A stretch of DNA of 64,000 nt, taken from the IMG/VR virus record IMGVR_UViG_3300025655_000024, positions 16,180 to 80,179 of that record; one strand, given 5' to 3'. Made by a program: the position numbers and the translations under genes. Shown in pieces: positions 29,819 to 39,711 of this stretch. How positions within the stretch are numbered: position 1 is the stretch's first letter; each line of letters opens with the position of its first letter. This stretch comes from a virus. The notes beneath the pieces are model-generated. The model saw only the letters and a list, made by a program, of their open reading frames with translations. It made no database searches and was not told the origin of the DNA.

Positions 29819-31435
29819 TCAGCCTCCCATTCCCGCAACAATTATGCTTTCTTGAAACGGCACGAGCAATTTGGACACTTCCGCCTCCAATTTTTGATGT
29901 TTCTGCGAAATATCAATGTTTTGTGTGCCTTCGGGGAACATGACGCTGTAATCATCGCTCATCAAAATATCCATGACGACCAATTTGGTGCAAGCCTCCT
30001 TGATGGACTTGTCCACATACCTGTTGCCGTAAATGTAAGCACAGCGTAGTGAGTGGTTCTCAAAGAAGGGATATTCGTTGTTGAAGGCAATCATGCCGTT
30101 CTCTTCAACAGACCACCATGACTTTTGGCGTTCCTCATCGGTAATGTCGCACTTGAATGACACTTGATAGATAACATCACCCTCAGCGATGTTGCCGCCA
30201 AAGTCGTTTTGTTGATCGCTGACAATGGTAAAGGTCGTGCCTGAAAGGGTGCAAAGAGCGATACGGTTGGTTGTTCCGCTTTTGATGAACACCAACGCAT
30301 GGCTCTTGACGAAACCGCCCGCACTATCCACCGTGAACGAAGTGGCAGGTGAACCCGTCACGCTCGTCACCGTAGCGGTATGCTCGTTGTATTTGTTGCT
30401 GTCATAGGTGAGGGCAGTGTTGTGAGTCACGGCAATTGTAGCGTTTGCACCACCTTCGGTGCTACGCATGGATGAAATTTCCACTACACCGTCACCGTTG
30501 TCGCTGTTGGCAATAGCCAAGAATTCGTCATGGACATTCAACGCCGCGCTCGCACTCTCCCTATTCTCAACCGTTAGTGAGCCAATTTGAATTGCCGATT
30601 TATTGAATTCGGGGTCTTTGTTCACAAGCGCACCAATGTTCTCGGCAGCGGATTTGTGATCAAAATCCCCCCTCCATTTCGTCTGTGCATCCGAACCTTC
30701 GGTTAGCGTAGCCACACCGTTAGCACCGGGACACAGGAGGATGGATTCGCCTGACACGAGGGTGTGGTCGCTGACCTGCAACCCAATTCGTGCCGCCGCC
30801 ATTTCACGATAATAGTCGCCCTGCCACGCACCCAATTTGAGAATGCGTTGAATGTTGCCGTTTTGTAGGAAAATAGCACCCACATAATCCGTGTAATATC
30901 GCCTTCGGTATGGCTTGAATGTAGTGAAATTTTGATATTCCTCAGCCACCAAGCGTGGTCGCCATGCGTTTCGTGTCACTTTGTCAATGTAGTCTTGACG
31001 AATGCGAATCAATTCTTCAACATGGCTCTTTTTGATGCCTCGCTCTTTGCTGTTTGTGATAGCCGACTGATGTTGAATGTAGGCGTTGTTGGCTGTGGTG
31101 AATGACTCAGCCCCCTTAGCCGTAGCGATGACATACACTTTGCCACCACTCCCCACCGAAGCGATTGAAGTCACGGTGTAGGTTTTGCCGAGAGCATCAG
31201 CATCGTCATAGACCAACACCGTGTCATTAGCGGAATAACCCCACCTGCGATAATCCACACCGCTGATAGGAAATTTGATGTTTGCACCGTCAATCACCGA
31301 ATCATCGCTAAGTGCGGTTGGATCGGGCAACGGCAATTGAAGAAAGTCAGCGACATGGGCTACGGTGGTATAGACCAAATCATCAGGATAAAGAGGGGCA
31401 TCGGGGCGATGACCGGGTGAAAATGTGCGTGGCAT
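29819..31435 (-). CDS. Head-tail adaptor protein with inserted domains
   Basis: YTTVAHVADFL N-terminus, IDKVTRNAW, and YIYG..VDKSIKEACTKLV C-terminus typical of adaptors. Confidence 0.7.
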   Translation of the reverse strand: MPRTFSPGHRPDAPLYPDDLVYTTVAHVADFLQLPLPDPTALSDDSVIDGANIKFPISGVDYRRWGYSANDTVLVYDDADALGKTYTVTSIASVGSGGKVYVIATAKGAESFTTANNAYIQHQSAITNSKERGIKKSHVEELIRIRQDYIDKVTRNAWRPRLVAEEYQNFTTFKPYRRRYYTDYVGAIFLQNGNIQRILKLGAWQGDYYREMAAARIGLQVSDHTLVSGESILLCPGANGVATLTEGSDAQTKWRGDFDHKSAAENIGALVNKDPEFNKSAIQIGSLTVENRESASAALNVHDEFLAIANSDNGDGVVEISSMRSTEGGANATIAVTHNTALTYDSNKYNEHTATVTSVTGSPATSFTVDSAGGFVKSHALVFIKSGTTNRIALCTLSGTTFTIVSDQQNDFGGNIAEGDVIYQVSFKCDITDEERQKSWWSVEENGMIAFNNEYPFFENHSLRCAYIYGNRYVDKSIKEACTKLVVMDILMSDDYSVMFPEGTQNIDISQKHQKLEAEVSKLLVPFQESIIVAGMGG

Positions 31436-31445
31436 TGACTCTCAC

Positions 31446-31769
31446 CTAACCCATGATGTGACTACCCATGTTAAAGTGCATCGCATCCCCGCACACACCG
31501 CATTTGGGTGTCCAACAGAAATAGAGTGTTCCGCACCCACGACATCGTGTGCCTGAGCCTATGTTTTGAATGTTTTTACGCTCGTTGCGTTTGATTTCCA
31601 CCTTTTTGTTGGTGGAGAATTTCTCCATGTTTTTCTTGGAGAACAGGGATTCGCTTTCATCAAATGACGAACCCGAAGCATTGGCGATTTCAGCCATACG
31701 CAATTTGCGCCTTCGCTGAATATCAATTGAAGTGTCAAGGTCAATTTCTTGGACTTTCATTCGTGCCAT
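31446..31769 (-). CDS. Protein with C-terminal Zn ribbon
   Basis: CRGCG..CGVCG; GGGGTGA SD. Confidence 0.65.
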   Translation of the reverse strand: MARMKVQEIDLDTSIDIQRRRKLRMAEIANASGSSFDESESLFSKKNMEKFSTNKKVEIKRNERKNIQNIGSGTRCRGCGTLYFCWTPKCGVCGDAMHFNMGSHIMG

Positions 31770-31795
31770 TTTGGTTCACCCCCGTTGGGCGAACC

Positions 31796-32158
31796 TCATG
31801 CACGAGTGCCTGTCACCGTAATATACACCGTTTGATCGGACAAATCGGCTGTGTCGGAAACAGCACTAAGAGGGGCAAAAACATCAGCAGGGATAGGGGT
31901 TGATTGGTCGTCAGCGGGAACGGACAATGCCTGATAAGCCAACAATTTTTTGTTGGTTCGGTCATATTTCCACACATAGCCACCACCATCGGAGTCAATG
32001 GTGACGGTTTCAATGACAGGGACATATTGAGTTAGGTCAAGCGATTCGCCCGCAGCGAGCCACGAATCATCAGGAGTGATTTTGAGGGAAGCAGAAATCC
32101 TGCTTCCTGATACTTGATTACGCCCTAATTGCACCACTGTCAAAGCCATGTCGCTCAC
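31796..32158 (-). CDS. Putative structural protein
   Basis: 120-aa beta-rich ORF downstream of the capsid gene. Confidence 0.5.
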   Translation of the reverse strand: MSDMALTVVQLGRNQVSGSRISASLKITPDDSWLAAGESLDLTQYVPVIETVTIDSDGGGYVWKYDRTNKKLLAYQALSVPADDQSTPIPADVFAPLSAVSDTADLSDQTVYITVTGTRA

Positions 32159-32176
32159 CCTTCCGTATTACTATGT

Positions 32177-32190
32177 CATATTTAACGATA
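32177..32190 (-). promoter_or_regulatory. Putative TATA promoter
   Basis: TTAAATATG in an AT-rich gap about 28 nt upstream of ATG 32149. Confidence 0.45.
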
Positions 32191-32193
32191 TTC

Positions 32194-32790
32194 TCAATTA
32201 TAGACGATGACAACAAAAATTGAACCCGTGTCCGAAGCCCACGCTGTTCCTGTCGTCAATTTGATTTGCACTTTACCACAAACCATGCCTGTCCACGGTG
32301 CGACTTCATCAACCAATGTAGCCGTTCCTGCACTGCTGAGAGTCTTGGGGGCTTCGGGGGTGGATGAATGTCCACTCACACCTGCACGCACAACGAGAGC
32401 ATTCGCTTGTTGCGCGGGTGCTGCCTGAATTGCCGCACCCTCAGCCGTTTGAAATTTGTAAGGGCGTGGGGAGGCGGTGGTGTAGTCAAGGTTGCTGATT
32501 TGCTCGTGATAGGATAGGGGTAAAGCCGATCCTGCACCGTCATCTAAATCAGCATAAAGCAATTGAAATGTCCCACCATGCACTTGGGTGTTGGTGTTGG
32601 TTGTCAATTTGCTACGGGTTGCGTCAAGGATAATGTTGTTCACTTGACCGTTGAGCAAAACATCAGCCGTCACCGTAGTGTTGCCTGACAAATCGTCTTG
32701 AGTGAATTCATAGACGAGGCGATTGACACGAATGCGACCTGCGTATCGTGCTTCACCGTCATAGAGCGTGGCTTTGTGTTCAGCCATCAC
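32194..32790 (-). CDS. Putative structural protein
   Basis: 198-aa beta-rich ORF in the head module. Confidence 0.5.
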   Translation of the reverse strand: MMAEHKATLYDGEARYAGRIRVNRLVYEFTQDDLSGNTTVTADVLLNGQVNNIILDATRSKLTTNTNTQVHGGTFQLLYADLDDGAGSALPLSYHEQISNLDYTTASPRPYKFQTAEGAAIQAAPAQQANALVVRAGVSGHSSTPEAPKTLSSAGTATLVDEVAPWTGMVCGKVQIKLTTGTAWASDTGSIFVVIVYN

Positions 32791-33212
32791 TCGTCACCCC
32801 CGCTTGATGCGGAGGCTCTAACGGTTTCAATGATGGTGGATTTGTTTGCACGAGCGTCAATTTCAACGCCATTTGCTTCGCACCATTCAACCATTTTCGC
32901 CTTTGTCCATGTTTCGTCAAAGGACTCCGATTCTTCCGTGATTTGTGGTGCTTCTTCCACGACAGGCTCAGGGGTTGGCTCAATAGCCTCAACCATTTGC
33001 TTTGTCTTTTCAGCAACGACTTCTTCATCAAGACCTTTTACAGACCATTGAGGGAAATTGTCGCCCTTGAATCGTTCAGCCAAGTGGCGAGGGATGTCCT
33101 CACGAGTGCTTTGCCGACTGAAACCGTATGTCACTCCACCTTCGGTGAATTCCACATAGGGTCTGTCGCCCACATATTGAACGGTAATCGTCAAAAGACG
33201 ACCCCCAATCAA
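32787..33212 (-). CDS. Protein with C-terminal HeH/LEM-like domain
   Basis: WTKAKMVEWCEANGVEIDARANKSTIIETV after an acidic Pro linker. Confidence 0.65.
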   Translation of the reverse strand: MIGGRLLTITVQYVGDRPYVEFTEGGVTYGFSRQSTREDIPRHLAERFKGDNFPQWSVKGLDEEVVAEKTKQMVEAIEPTPEPVVEEAPQITEESESFDETWTKAKMVEWCEANGVEIDARANKSTIIETVRASASSGGDE

Positions 33213-33610
33213 GCGTAATACAAAAGGGTCACTCGGTGGGTGTCGCCCGCTGTTCCTGATGCGGTGGTGAAAGCAACAGTGCTTCCTGATGCACGCACAA
33301 GCGTAGGCAATTCGTTGCCACCGCTTCGGTTGGTGACACTCAGCACTTCAAGCACCGTTCCACCGTTTCCAAGACCCGTGATTGCCACAGGCGAGCCTTC
33401 ATCGGAGTCAGCGTCAGCCAAATCCACAACGGTTGCTGTGGATGCTGCCGTCACAACAACATCAACCACCATCAAGTGCAAAGCACCTGCGGCGGCGTTA
33501 GAACCGATTGGGGATTGAAGCCATGCGGTTGAGGTGTTGTCCGACCCCGACCACATTCGCTGATCCAATACTACTGCACTGCCCGTTCCTGTCAAATTCG
33601 TGTTTGCCAT
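33209..33610 (-). CDS. Putative head decoration protein
   Basis: A/T/S/G-rich 133 aa directly after the capsid gene; AGGAG SD. Confidence 0.55.
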   Translation of the reverse strand: MANTNLTGTGSAVVLDQRMWSGSDNTSTAWLQSPIGSNAAAGALHLMVVDVVVTAASTATVVDLADADSDEGSPVAITGLGNGGTVLEVLSVTNRSGGNELPTLVRASGSTVAFTTASGTAGDTHRVTLLYYA

Positions 33611-33641
33611 GTGTATCTCTCCTTGTTTCTCCTATTTAACC

Positions 33642-34808
33642 TCAACTCAAGTCACGGATTTTACCGCTTGCCTTGAAGAAAGCACAAATCAATTCGCCCA
33701 TCGTGTGAAACATTCCCATTTGTCCCAAGCGGTTGATACCGAATGGGTCGCCCGTTTCAATGCCACTCTCGTGGTAAAGGGTAGGCTTGGCGGTGGTGAA
33801 CCACAGGTAGTCGGTGTCAAGGAAATAGAGGCGAGAAGAACCGCCCGTTTCCTTGTGAACATCTTTGGAGGGGATGATTGGGACACCGTTGTAGGTAGCG
33901 ACCATGAAGCCACCCTGAATGCCCGGAACACCCTTCACACCATTGACACCCGGCACGACACGCTTCATTTCAACGAAGCGTTGTTGGGGTTGTAGCAATT
34001 GCTGAATGGTTTCAAGAGTGTCGTAGCCCGTAAGGATGACCTTTGGCTGACCACCTGCTTCCCACACTTGTCGGAACATTCCGTCAAGGATGTTCAGGGA
34101 CAATGCACGCTCGGCACTTGATGCACCTGCATCCACTTGAGCGTCATACCACTGAGCCGACCCTGCGGTTTGACCTGCACGAGTGAGCGAATAGATGTTG
34201 TGATCCGATTCAGCACTCACATCGGAGAAGGTGTTGTAGTCCTCCACATAGGAATTGGAGGTGATACGGTCAAGGGACTCAAAGTCGTTTCCTGCGGTGG
34301 TATCAATGTCACTCAACAGCATTTGGTTGATGTGTTCAGTGTGGTGCTTTGCCATTTCCATTTTGATGACAGCACGAGCATCACCAAGACCGTCATCCTT
34401 GTCAGCAAGGAACATGGCGGTTTCGGTGAGGTCAAAGGTGTGAGCCACAGTCTTTGGCTTGGTGCTGACCTCAGCGAAGGTTGGCTTGGTGGTTTCAGGG
34501 AGGGTTGCGTTCTCAGGAACACCGCCACCCTTCGTGAAGTCGGGCTTGGCGGTGGTGACACGCCATCCACTCTTCTCCCAAGGCTTCTTGGGGAGAATGC
34601 TGAAAGCGTTGAATTCTTGGTTCAATTGCGACCAAACCTTGCGACCAAAAATCGCTTGGTAAGTGCCACTCGTTGAAGAGGCGAGAGGTGAATCGGCTTT
34701 CAAGAGGTCAGTGCCACTGTAAGCCCATGCGTTCTGTCCTGCACCTGCACCGTAATACAGGCGTTCCATGTCCTCAATTGTTCGGATATATCCTTGACTT
34801 CCACTCAT
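33642..34808 (-). CDS. Major capsid protein (HK97 fold)
   Basis: Follows the protease gene. GVPENATLPET..F, YNGVPIIPSKDV, LYFLDTDYL, GKIRDL. GAGGTGA SD. Confidence 0.9.
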   Translation of the reverse strand: MSGSQGYIRTIEDMERLYYGAGAGQNAWAYSGTDLLKADSPLASSTSGTYQAIFGRKVWSQLNQEFNAFSILPKKPWEKSGWRVTTAKPDFTKGGGVPENATLPETTKPTFAEVSTKPKTVAHTFDLTETAMFLADKDDGLGDARAVIKMEMAKHHTEHINQMLLSDIDTTAGNDFESLDRITSNSYVEDYNTFSDVSAESDHNIYSLTRAGQTAGSAQWYDAQVDAGASSAERALSLNILDGMFRQVWEAGGQPKVILTGYDTLETIQQLLQPQQRFVEMKRVVPGVNGVKGVPGIQGGFMVATYNGVPIIPSKDVHKETGGSSRLYFLDTDYLWFTTAKPTLYHESGIETGDPFGINRLGQMGMFHTMGELICAFFKASGKIRDLS

Positions 34809-34819
34809 TTTCAATCACC

Positions 34820-36148
34820 TCAAAGGTTTCCTCCAACCATTGAACGCTGGCCCAATTCTTCCAAAGCACGCCATGCGTCAAGTCCATTTCCAAGTGCTGC
34901 GTATTCCTCATGCGTTGGCACTCGCACAGCGTTCTCGGAAGGCACAGGAACGGCTGACTTTTGGATTTCAGCGTTCTCAGTGCGGAGGGAGTCAATTTCA
35001 GCCTTCAGGGAGGCGATTTGGGAAGTGAAGTCTTTGGACTTGTGGATTTCCAATGCTCGTTGCGTTTCGGCTTCGTAGCGGTCATTCCACTCCTTCTCCA
35101 CAAGGGACTTCACAGCCTCTTCGTCACGGATTGAGGCGTAGGCTCGGTAGCCACGCTCAAGGGACTCAGGGGAGAGGTCAGCACCCTTGATGACATTTCC
35201 ACCCGTTGATTGTGGGTGTCGCATCTGTGGTGCGTTCTTGATGACATACTTGTTGGCACGAGCGTTGCCGAGAGCAGGTCGTGGGGCGAGGGTTGCATCC
35301 TCACCACTGCCGTAAAGGTCGCCTTGTCCTCGGTGGTTGAAACCATGTTCACCATCAACGCCCACCATGTAGGCTTTGCCGAGTCCAAAGTGATCTCGTA
35401 GGCCATCCAAATCAACACCTTGCTCGTGTGCGAATTTTTCAAGGGTGTCAATGTAGGCGACAGCCGATTGCTCGGCTTTGCCCAAGTCATCCTTTTCGCA
35501 CTCGCACTCGGCCATGTTGCATGAACCGCACACCTTTGCGCTCTTTTCCATTTCCAAGCCTTTGCTGATTCGGGCAAGGGCATCTCTTACTTCGGTCAAA
35601 ACATTCGTTTCTTCGCTCATTTCGTTCACATCCATTTTCAATAGGGTGTATCGGGATTCAGGATTGATTCCCTTTTTGCACAGGGTAATTTCGTGCAATT
35701 CCATGTCCGTAATTTCCCTGTGGCTTCCATGTTCGGGAGTCGTCTTGTTCACTCGGAACAAGGCTTGTCCACCAATGGAGAATGCTCGCAATTCGCCGTT
35801 GCGAATTTGCTTTTGGACTTCACGGGCTTTTTCAATGTCGTTTCGGATTTGGCAAACCACGAATAGCCCGTGATCATCCACTTCGGATTTCCAAACCCGC
35901 CCTTCACTATCAGTGTAGGAAGGAAGGACTTGACCCACTTGAATACCGCTGTGGGCCAATTGAACATTACGATAGGATGGGTTGCTCATAAAGCCCCCAA
36001 ATGCCTTCTTCAATGCACTAACGGGGATTCTGTCACCCTGCTTGTCCACCATATCAACGGAGGCATACCCGGCAATAACCAAGTCCCCATTGGAGTCGGA
36101 CTTCAGGATGAAGTCTTGTCCAACAGCCGACCATGTTGCCGTGTTCAT
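34820..36148 (-). CDS. Prohead protease fused to scaffold
   Basis: IAGYASVDMVDKQGD, LAHS, AFSIGG, LHEITL..GINPE; coiled-coil C-terminal half. Confidence 0.9.
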   Translation of the reverse strand: MNTATWSAVGQDFILKSDSNGDLVIAGYASVDMVDKQGDRIPVSALKKAFGGFMSNPSYRNVQLAHSGIQVGQVLPSYTDSEGRVWKSEVDDHGLFVVCQIRNDIEKAREVQKQIRNGELRAFSIGGQALFRVNKTTPEHGSHREITDMELHEITLCKKGINPESRYTLLKMDVNEMSEETNVLTEVRDALARISKGLEMEKSAKVCGSCNMAECECEKDDLGKAEQSAVAYIDTLEKFAHEQGVDLDGLRDHFGLGKAYMVGVDGEHGFNHRGQGDLYGSGEDATLAPRPALGNARANKYVIKNAPQMRHPQSTGGNVIKGADLSPESLERGYRAYASIRDEEAVKSLVEKEWNDRYEAETQRALEIHKSKDFTSQIASLKAEIDSLRTENAEIQKSAVPVPSENAVRVPTHEEYAALGNGLDAWRALEELGQRSMVGGNL

Positions 36149-36172
36149 TAAACAGGGAAAATCGGGTTATCC

Positions 36173-36186
36173 TATATGAAGCGTTT
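36173..36186 (-). promoter_or_regulatory. Putative TATA promoter, leaderless start
   Basis: TTCATATA about 25 nt upstream of ATG 36148, with no SD. Confidence 0.45.
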
Positions 36187-36192
36187 GGTTGC

Positions 36193-39100
36193 TCACATAA
36201 TAGGCATTTGTTCATCATCGCCTTCCTGTTCAACGATTACCTCTTTTTCTTCGGCCTGTTCCACATTCGTTTTGCGTGGCACTCTAAACACGGCACGACC
36301 ACCTTCAATATCCAATTCGCCTTCAATTTCGTTGCCAACCTTATCCGTTCTCTTGACGGATATGTGCTTCGGCATATTCAACGGTGTTTCATCAGCCATT
36401 CCGTTAGGGTCAAACATGGGTATGCCCTCGTCATCAACCAAAGAAGTCGGCCCTCGTGGTGAAGTCATCATATCCATTTCACCATCCCATCCGCCACCTG
36501 ATAGTGAACCGCTAATTCTCGCAAGCGTTGTTCCCTGTTTGGTTTCAATGGTGTCATCATCAATTGCTTCATTGACCGACCATTCGCCTTCTTCTGTTCT
36601 TTCAAGGCCATATTCAGCACCATATTGCTCAAGCATATTCTCCGTCAAGCCCTTGATTTTGTCAATAAGGCTCTCCGCTGAGAATGCTTTGTCAGCACTG
36701 ATAATGTGTGATCGTGCGTGGCTCAATATGCTCGCCACCTTATCCTCTTCACCATTTGGCTCAACCAAAGTGGCTCGTGTGAATGTGAAGGTGTCCTTTG
36801 TCACGAATGGTGGTGGATAGAGGGATAACTCCCGCTGACCCATTTTTAGGAGGTGAACACCAACAGAACCCCAAACCCCAATCTGTTTTTCTGCGTGTCG
36901 TGCCAAAGGACTGTTTGGTTCAATGCTCATTACATTGAATGCGTTGCCATCCCACTCGCCTTTCACCACCAACGGTGAACGATGACCGGGATATTCCAAC
37001 AGAATGTTTTCTCCATCGTTTGACACAAACGGCAGGGTTGTGCCTTTTGTCAAACCGTCTTGACTTGGAGTGTATAGCACCCACAAATGATGAGCCTCTT
37101 TGCCCTTAGCAAAGGTGGACTGTGCATCACGAATCCACAGGTCGCCACCAATCGCCTCACTATTTTTCAACAAACCCTCTTTGTCGGTAAATTTCGTATC
37201 AAGAGGCATAGGGAATGATATGTTGTCATTCGTGTGATACATGGTGCGAAGGATTTGGAGTCTGTCCTCCAATGGATCCATGTGAATATCCTCGCCACGA
37301 TGCACCAACAAATCCATAGCACGCAGGTGCTTGCCCTTCAAGAAAGCATCAAACACAAAGTCGCCCATCTGTTCACGGACACCTTCTTTCACAATGTCAG
37401 GCAATTTGATTTCTTTGCCCTTCTTATCCTTAGCAGTGATTTTGCTGCCCTTCTTTTCAACAAACAAACGCTTCCCTTCGGGCTTCTTTTGAACGACCCA
37501 ATCCCCTGAAAAGCCACGCAATTCCTCAATGTCATCCAATTTATACACCGTGTGAGCAGGAACGAGTGGCGTTTCAAAAACACCTGTTGGTTCATAGTCA
37601 TCGGCTTTGAACAAGTCACCGCTAATGACGGGAATGTGACCCATGTTGTTTGTGACATAAAGTGCAGGTGCATCCTTTTCCTTCGGTGCAATTGGGCGGT
37701 CAGCGTGAGTGGGGTCAATCATCTGCAAATGACCTTCGTGGACTGTTTTTTGCAGGGAATCAAACGGCTTATCCTTGACTTCAAAGCGGATGCCGTTTGC
37801 GTCTTTATCCCACTTCCATGCCAATGTTGCGGGCATTTTGTGACCCCAAGCATCCATGTCACCACTCAAATATACAGGCGGAGTGGTGGCTTCACTTGTT
37901 GGGTGAACAGGCCCAACATTGACTTCTTTTGGTGCTAACCCATCCCCAAGCACCATAGGTGCGAGCGTGCGAGTGTTCGGATTTGACCCACGCATCATGT
38001 AATAATTCGCTGCCTGAGCCAATTGCTGAACATTCCCACGACTGATGGTATTCGCCAACACATTCTCATTTGGTGCATTGGTGCTGAATACATCCGAGCC
38101 ATAGCGTTGCATGACTTCTTTTGCCATTTCTTGCATGACTTGACCCAAATTGGCATCCATTTTTTCATAGTGGTCGTTGTGATAAGTGTGATATTGTTCG
38201 TCACCGGGATGACGCTCTCGTGTTGGGCCGATGCGTGGCATACCCATGTCACTGTGGGATGAAATGATTCGCCCAAGTGGTTGTTGAGTGAGAGCCAACG
38301 AGGGAATAATCATCCGCTTGCCACTCCCTGCCACTTCGCTTGGGTGCAGGTGTTGTTGATTGGCAACGGTATTCCAAAGACCCCTTCGCCTGTTGAATGA
38401 ACGCACACGGGGGTTCTCCGATCCTGCCTCCCAACCACTCCCAATTGCTGATTTATGTGGATGGTTTTGCATAACAGGGTGATTGATGGTCTGTGGGAAA
38501 AATGACGAACCACTTCCGTGAAACGAATCGTCTTGGTCGTTTAGAGGATGGGTTCGGTCTGTCAAATATCCCATTAGTGCTTCACCAAGCCAACCCTCAA
38601 ACGCTGCGGGATAGGATTGAGTGAGAGCCGACACCAACGAATTGGCATCACGCCCAACACCGCCCCAAAATTGATACGGACTCCAATAATGATGGGTGTG
38701 TGATGGTTCAATGCCACCTTCGTCATTCAACACAAACGGTGACTTAAAGTGATTCAAACCTTGACGAACAGGCTCAGGACTCACAGGCCCATGATGGTGT
38801 GAAGCCCGTTCCCACCATTTCGCAAGTGGAGTCATACGCTCAAACCAATTGCGCTTTGCACGATCCCATGATATTCCCGCATCGGCTTTGAAATTGTTGG
38901 CAATACGCCTTGCTTCAGGGCTTTCTTCACCTTCTGTTTGCCCCATTTTCTTGAGCAATTCCATGAAAGCGTGCCGTTGCTCAGGGGTTTGCCACTCAGT
39001 CCCAAACAGGTATGAAAGCAAACCAAGACGGCTTGTGTTTTTCGCCATCATCCCCCCTTTCTGTTGAACATTTGCACCCCATTGGCGTGCCTTCATTTCA

Positions 39101-39702
39101 CGATATTCCTCATCGCTCAAAAACGAATTGCGGTCATTACGGTCTTGTTGATACAAGTCCATCATGCTCTCGCTTGGGCGACCAAGCAAATCCTCGTATT
39201 CAAAGGGAACAATATCACGCCTCTCCATTTCTTGCATGGTGTGAAGCATATTGTGTCCATCCTCATCCTCTTTGATCATTTCAAACAAATGCTCAATGAA
39301 ATGAGGGTCGCCCCATTGTGAACCATGTAGCAAAGGCATTACACAGTTATCCCAAGACAACGGGTGGCGTTTGCCAAATGGATTTTCCTCATGTGCTTTC
39401 GGCCAATCCTCAGCGTAATTCGTGCTAAATCGCCGTTGTCCTGCAACATAATCGTCATACCCATCGGGCAAATTGAGGTTTGAAAGAATGCTTGGTTTAT
39501 CCAAATCCTGCATTCGGTATGGCGGTTGTTCCATAGCCATTGGCATCATAGCCATGAGTGCGGAATCCTCCTTCTCAATGGCTTTACCGTCAGCATAGAA
39601 TTCCTCACACGCTTTGAGGTAAAGCGTGGAGTCAAAATTAGGGTTGGTGTGAAAAGAAACCAAAGCATCGGTTCGGATGCGAATGAATTCTTCACGGTTC
39701 AC
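36193..39702 (-). CDS. Large head-module protein with degenerate ATP-dependent ligase-like domain
   Basis: WVVQKKPEGKR (KxDG-like), FVFDAF, AMDLL..EDR. Motifs IV and V are degenerate. Confidence 0.7.
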   Translation of the reverse strand: MNREEFIRIRTDALVSFHTNPNFDSTLYLKACEEFYADGKAIEKEDSALMAMMPMAMEQPPYRMQDLDKPSILSNLNLPDGYDDYVAGQRRFSTNYAEDWPKAHEENPFGKRHPLSWDNCVMPLLHGSQWGDPHFIEHLFEMIKEDEDGHNMLHTMQEMERRDIVPFEYEDLLGRPSESMMDLYQQDRNDRNSFLSDEEYREMKARQWGANVQQKGGMMAKNTSRLGLLSYLFGTEWQTPEQRHAFMELLKKMGQTEGEESPEARRIANNFKADAGISWDRAKRNWFERMTPLAKWWERASHHHGPVSPEPVRQGLNHFKSPFVLNDEGGIEPSHTHHYWSPYQFWGGVGRDANSLVSALTQSYPAAFEGWLGEALMGYLTDRTHPLNDQDDSFHGSGSSFFPQTINHPVMQNHPHKSAIGSGWEAGSENPRVRSFNRRRGLWNTVANQQHLHPSEVAGSGKRMIIPSLALTQQPLGRIISSHSDMGMPRIGPTRERHPGDEQYHTYHNDHYEKMDANLGQVMQEMAKEVMQRYGSDVFSTNAPNENVLANTISRGNVQQLAQAANYYMMRGSNPNTRTLAPMVLGDGLAPKEVNVGPVHPTSEATTPPVYLSGDMDAWGHKMPATLAWKWDKDANGIRFEVKDKPFDSLQKTVHEGHLQMIDPTHADRPIAPKEKDAPALYVTNNMGHIPVISGDLFKADDYEPTGVFETPLVPAHTVYKLDDIEELRGFSGDWVVQKKPEGKRLFVEKKGSKITAKDKKGKEIKLPDIVKEGVREQMGDFVFDAFLKGKHLRAMDLLVHRGEDIHMDPLEDRLQILRTMYHTNDNISFPMPLDTKFTDKEGLLKNSEAIGGDLWIRDAQSTFAKGKEAHHLWVLYTPSQDGLTKGTTLPFVSNDGENILLEYPGHRSPLVVKGEWDGNAFNVMSIEPNSPLARHAEKQIGVWGSVGVHLLKMGQRELSLYPPPFVTKDTFTFTRATLVEPNGEEDKVASILSHARSHIISADKAFSAESLIDKIKGLTENMLEQYGAEYGLERTEEGEWSVNEAIDDDTIETKQGTTLARISGSLSGGGWDGEMDMMTSPRGPTSLVDDEGIPMFDPNGMADETPLNMPKHISVKRTDKVGNEIEGELDIEGGRAVFRVPRKTNVEQAEEKEVIVEQEGDDEQMPIM

Positions 39703-39711
39703 GGTATCACC

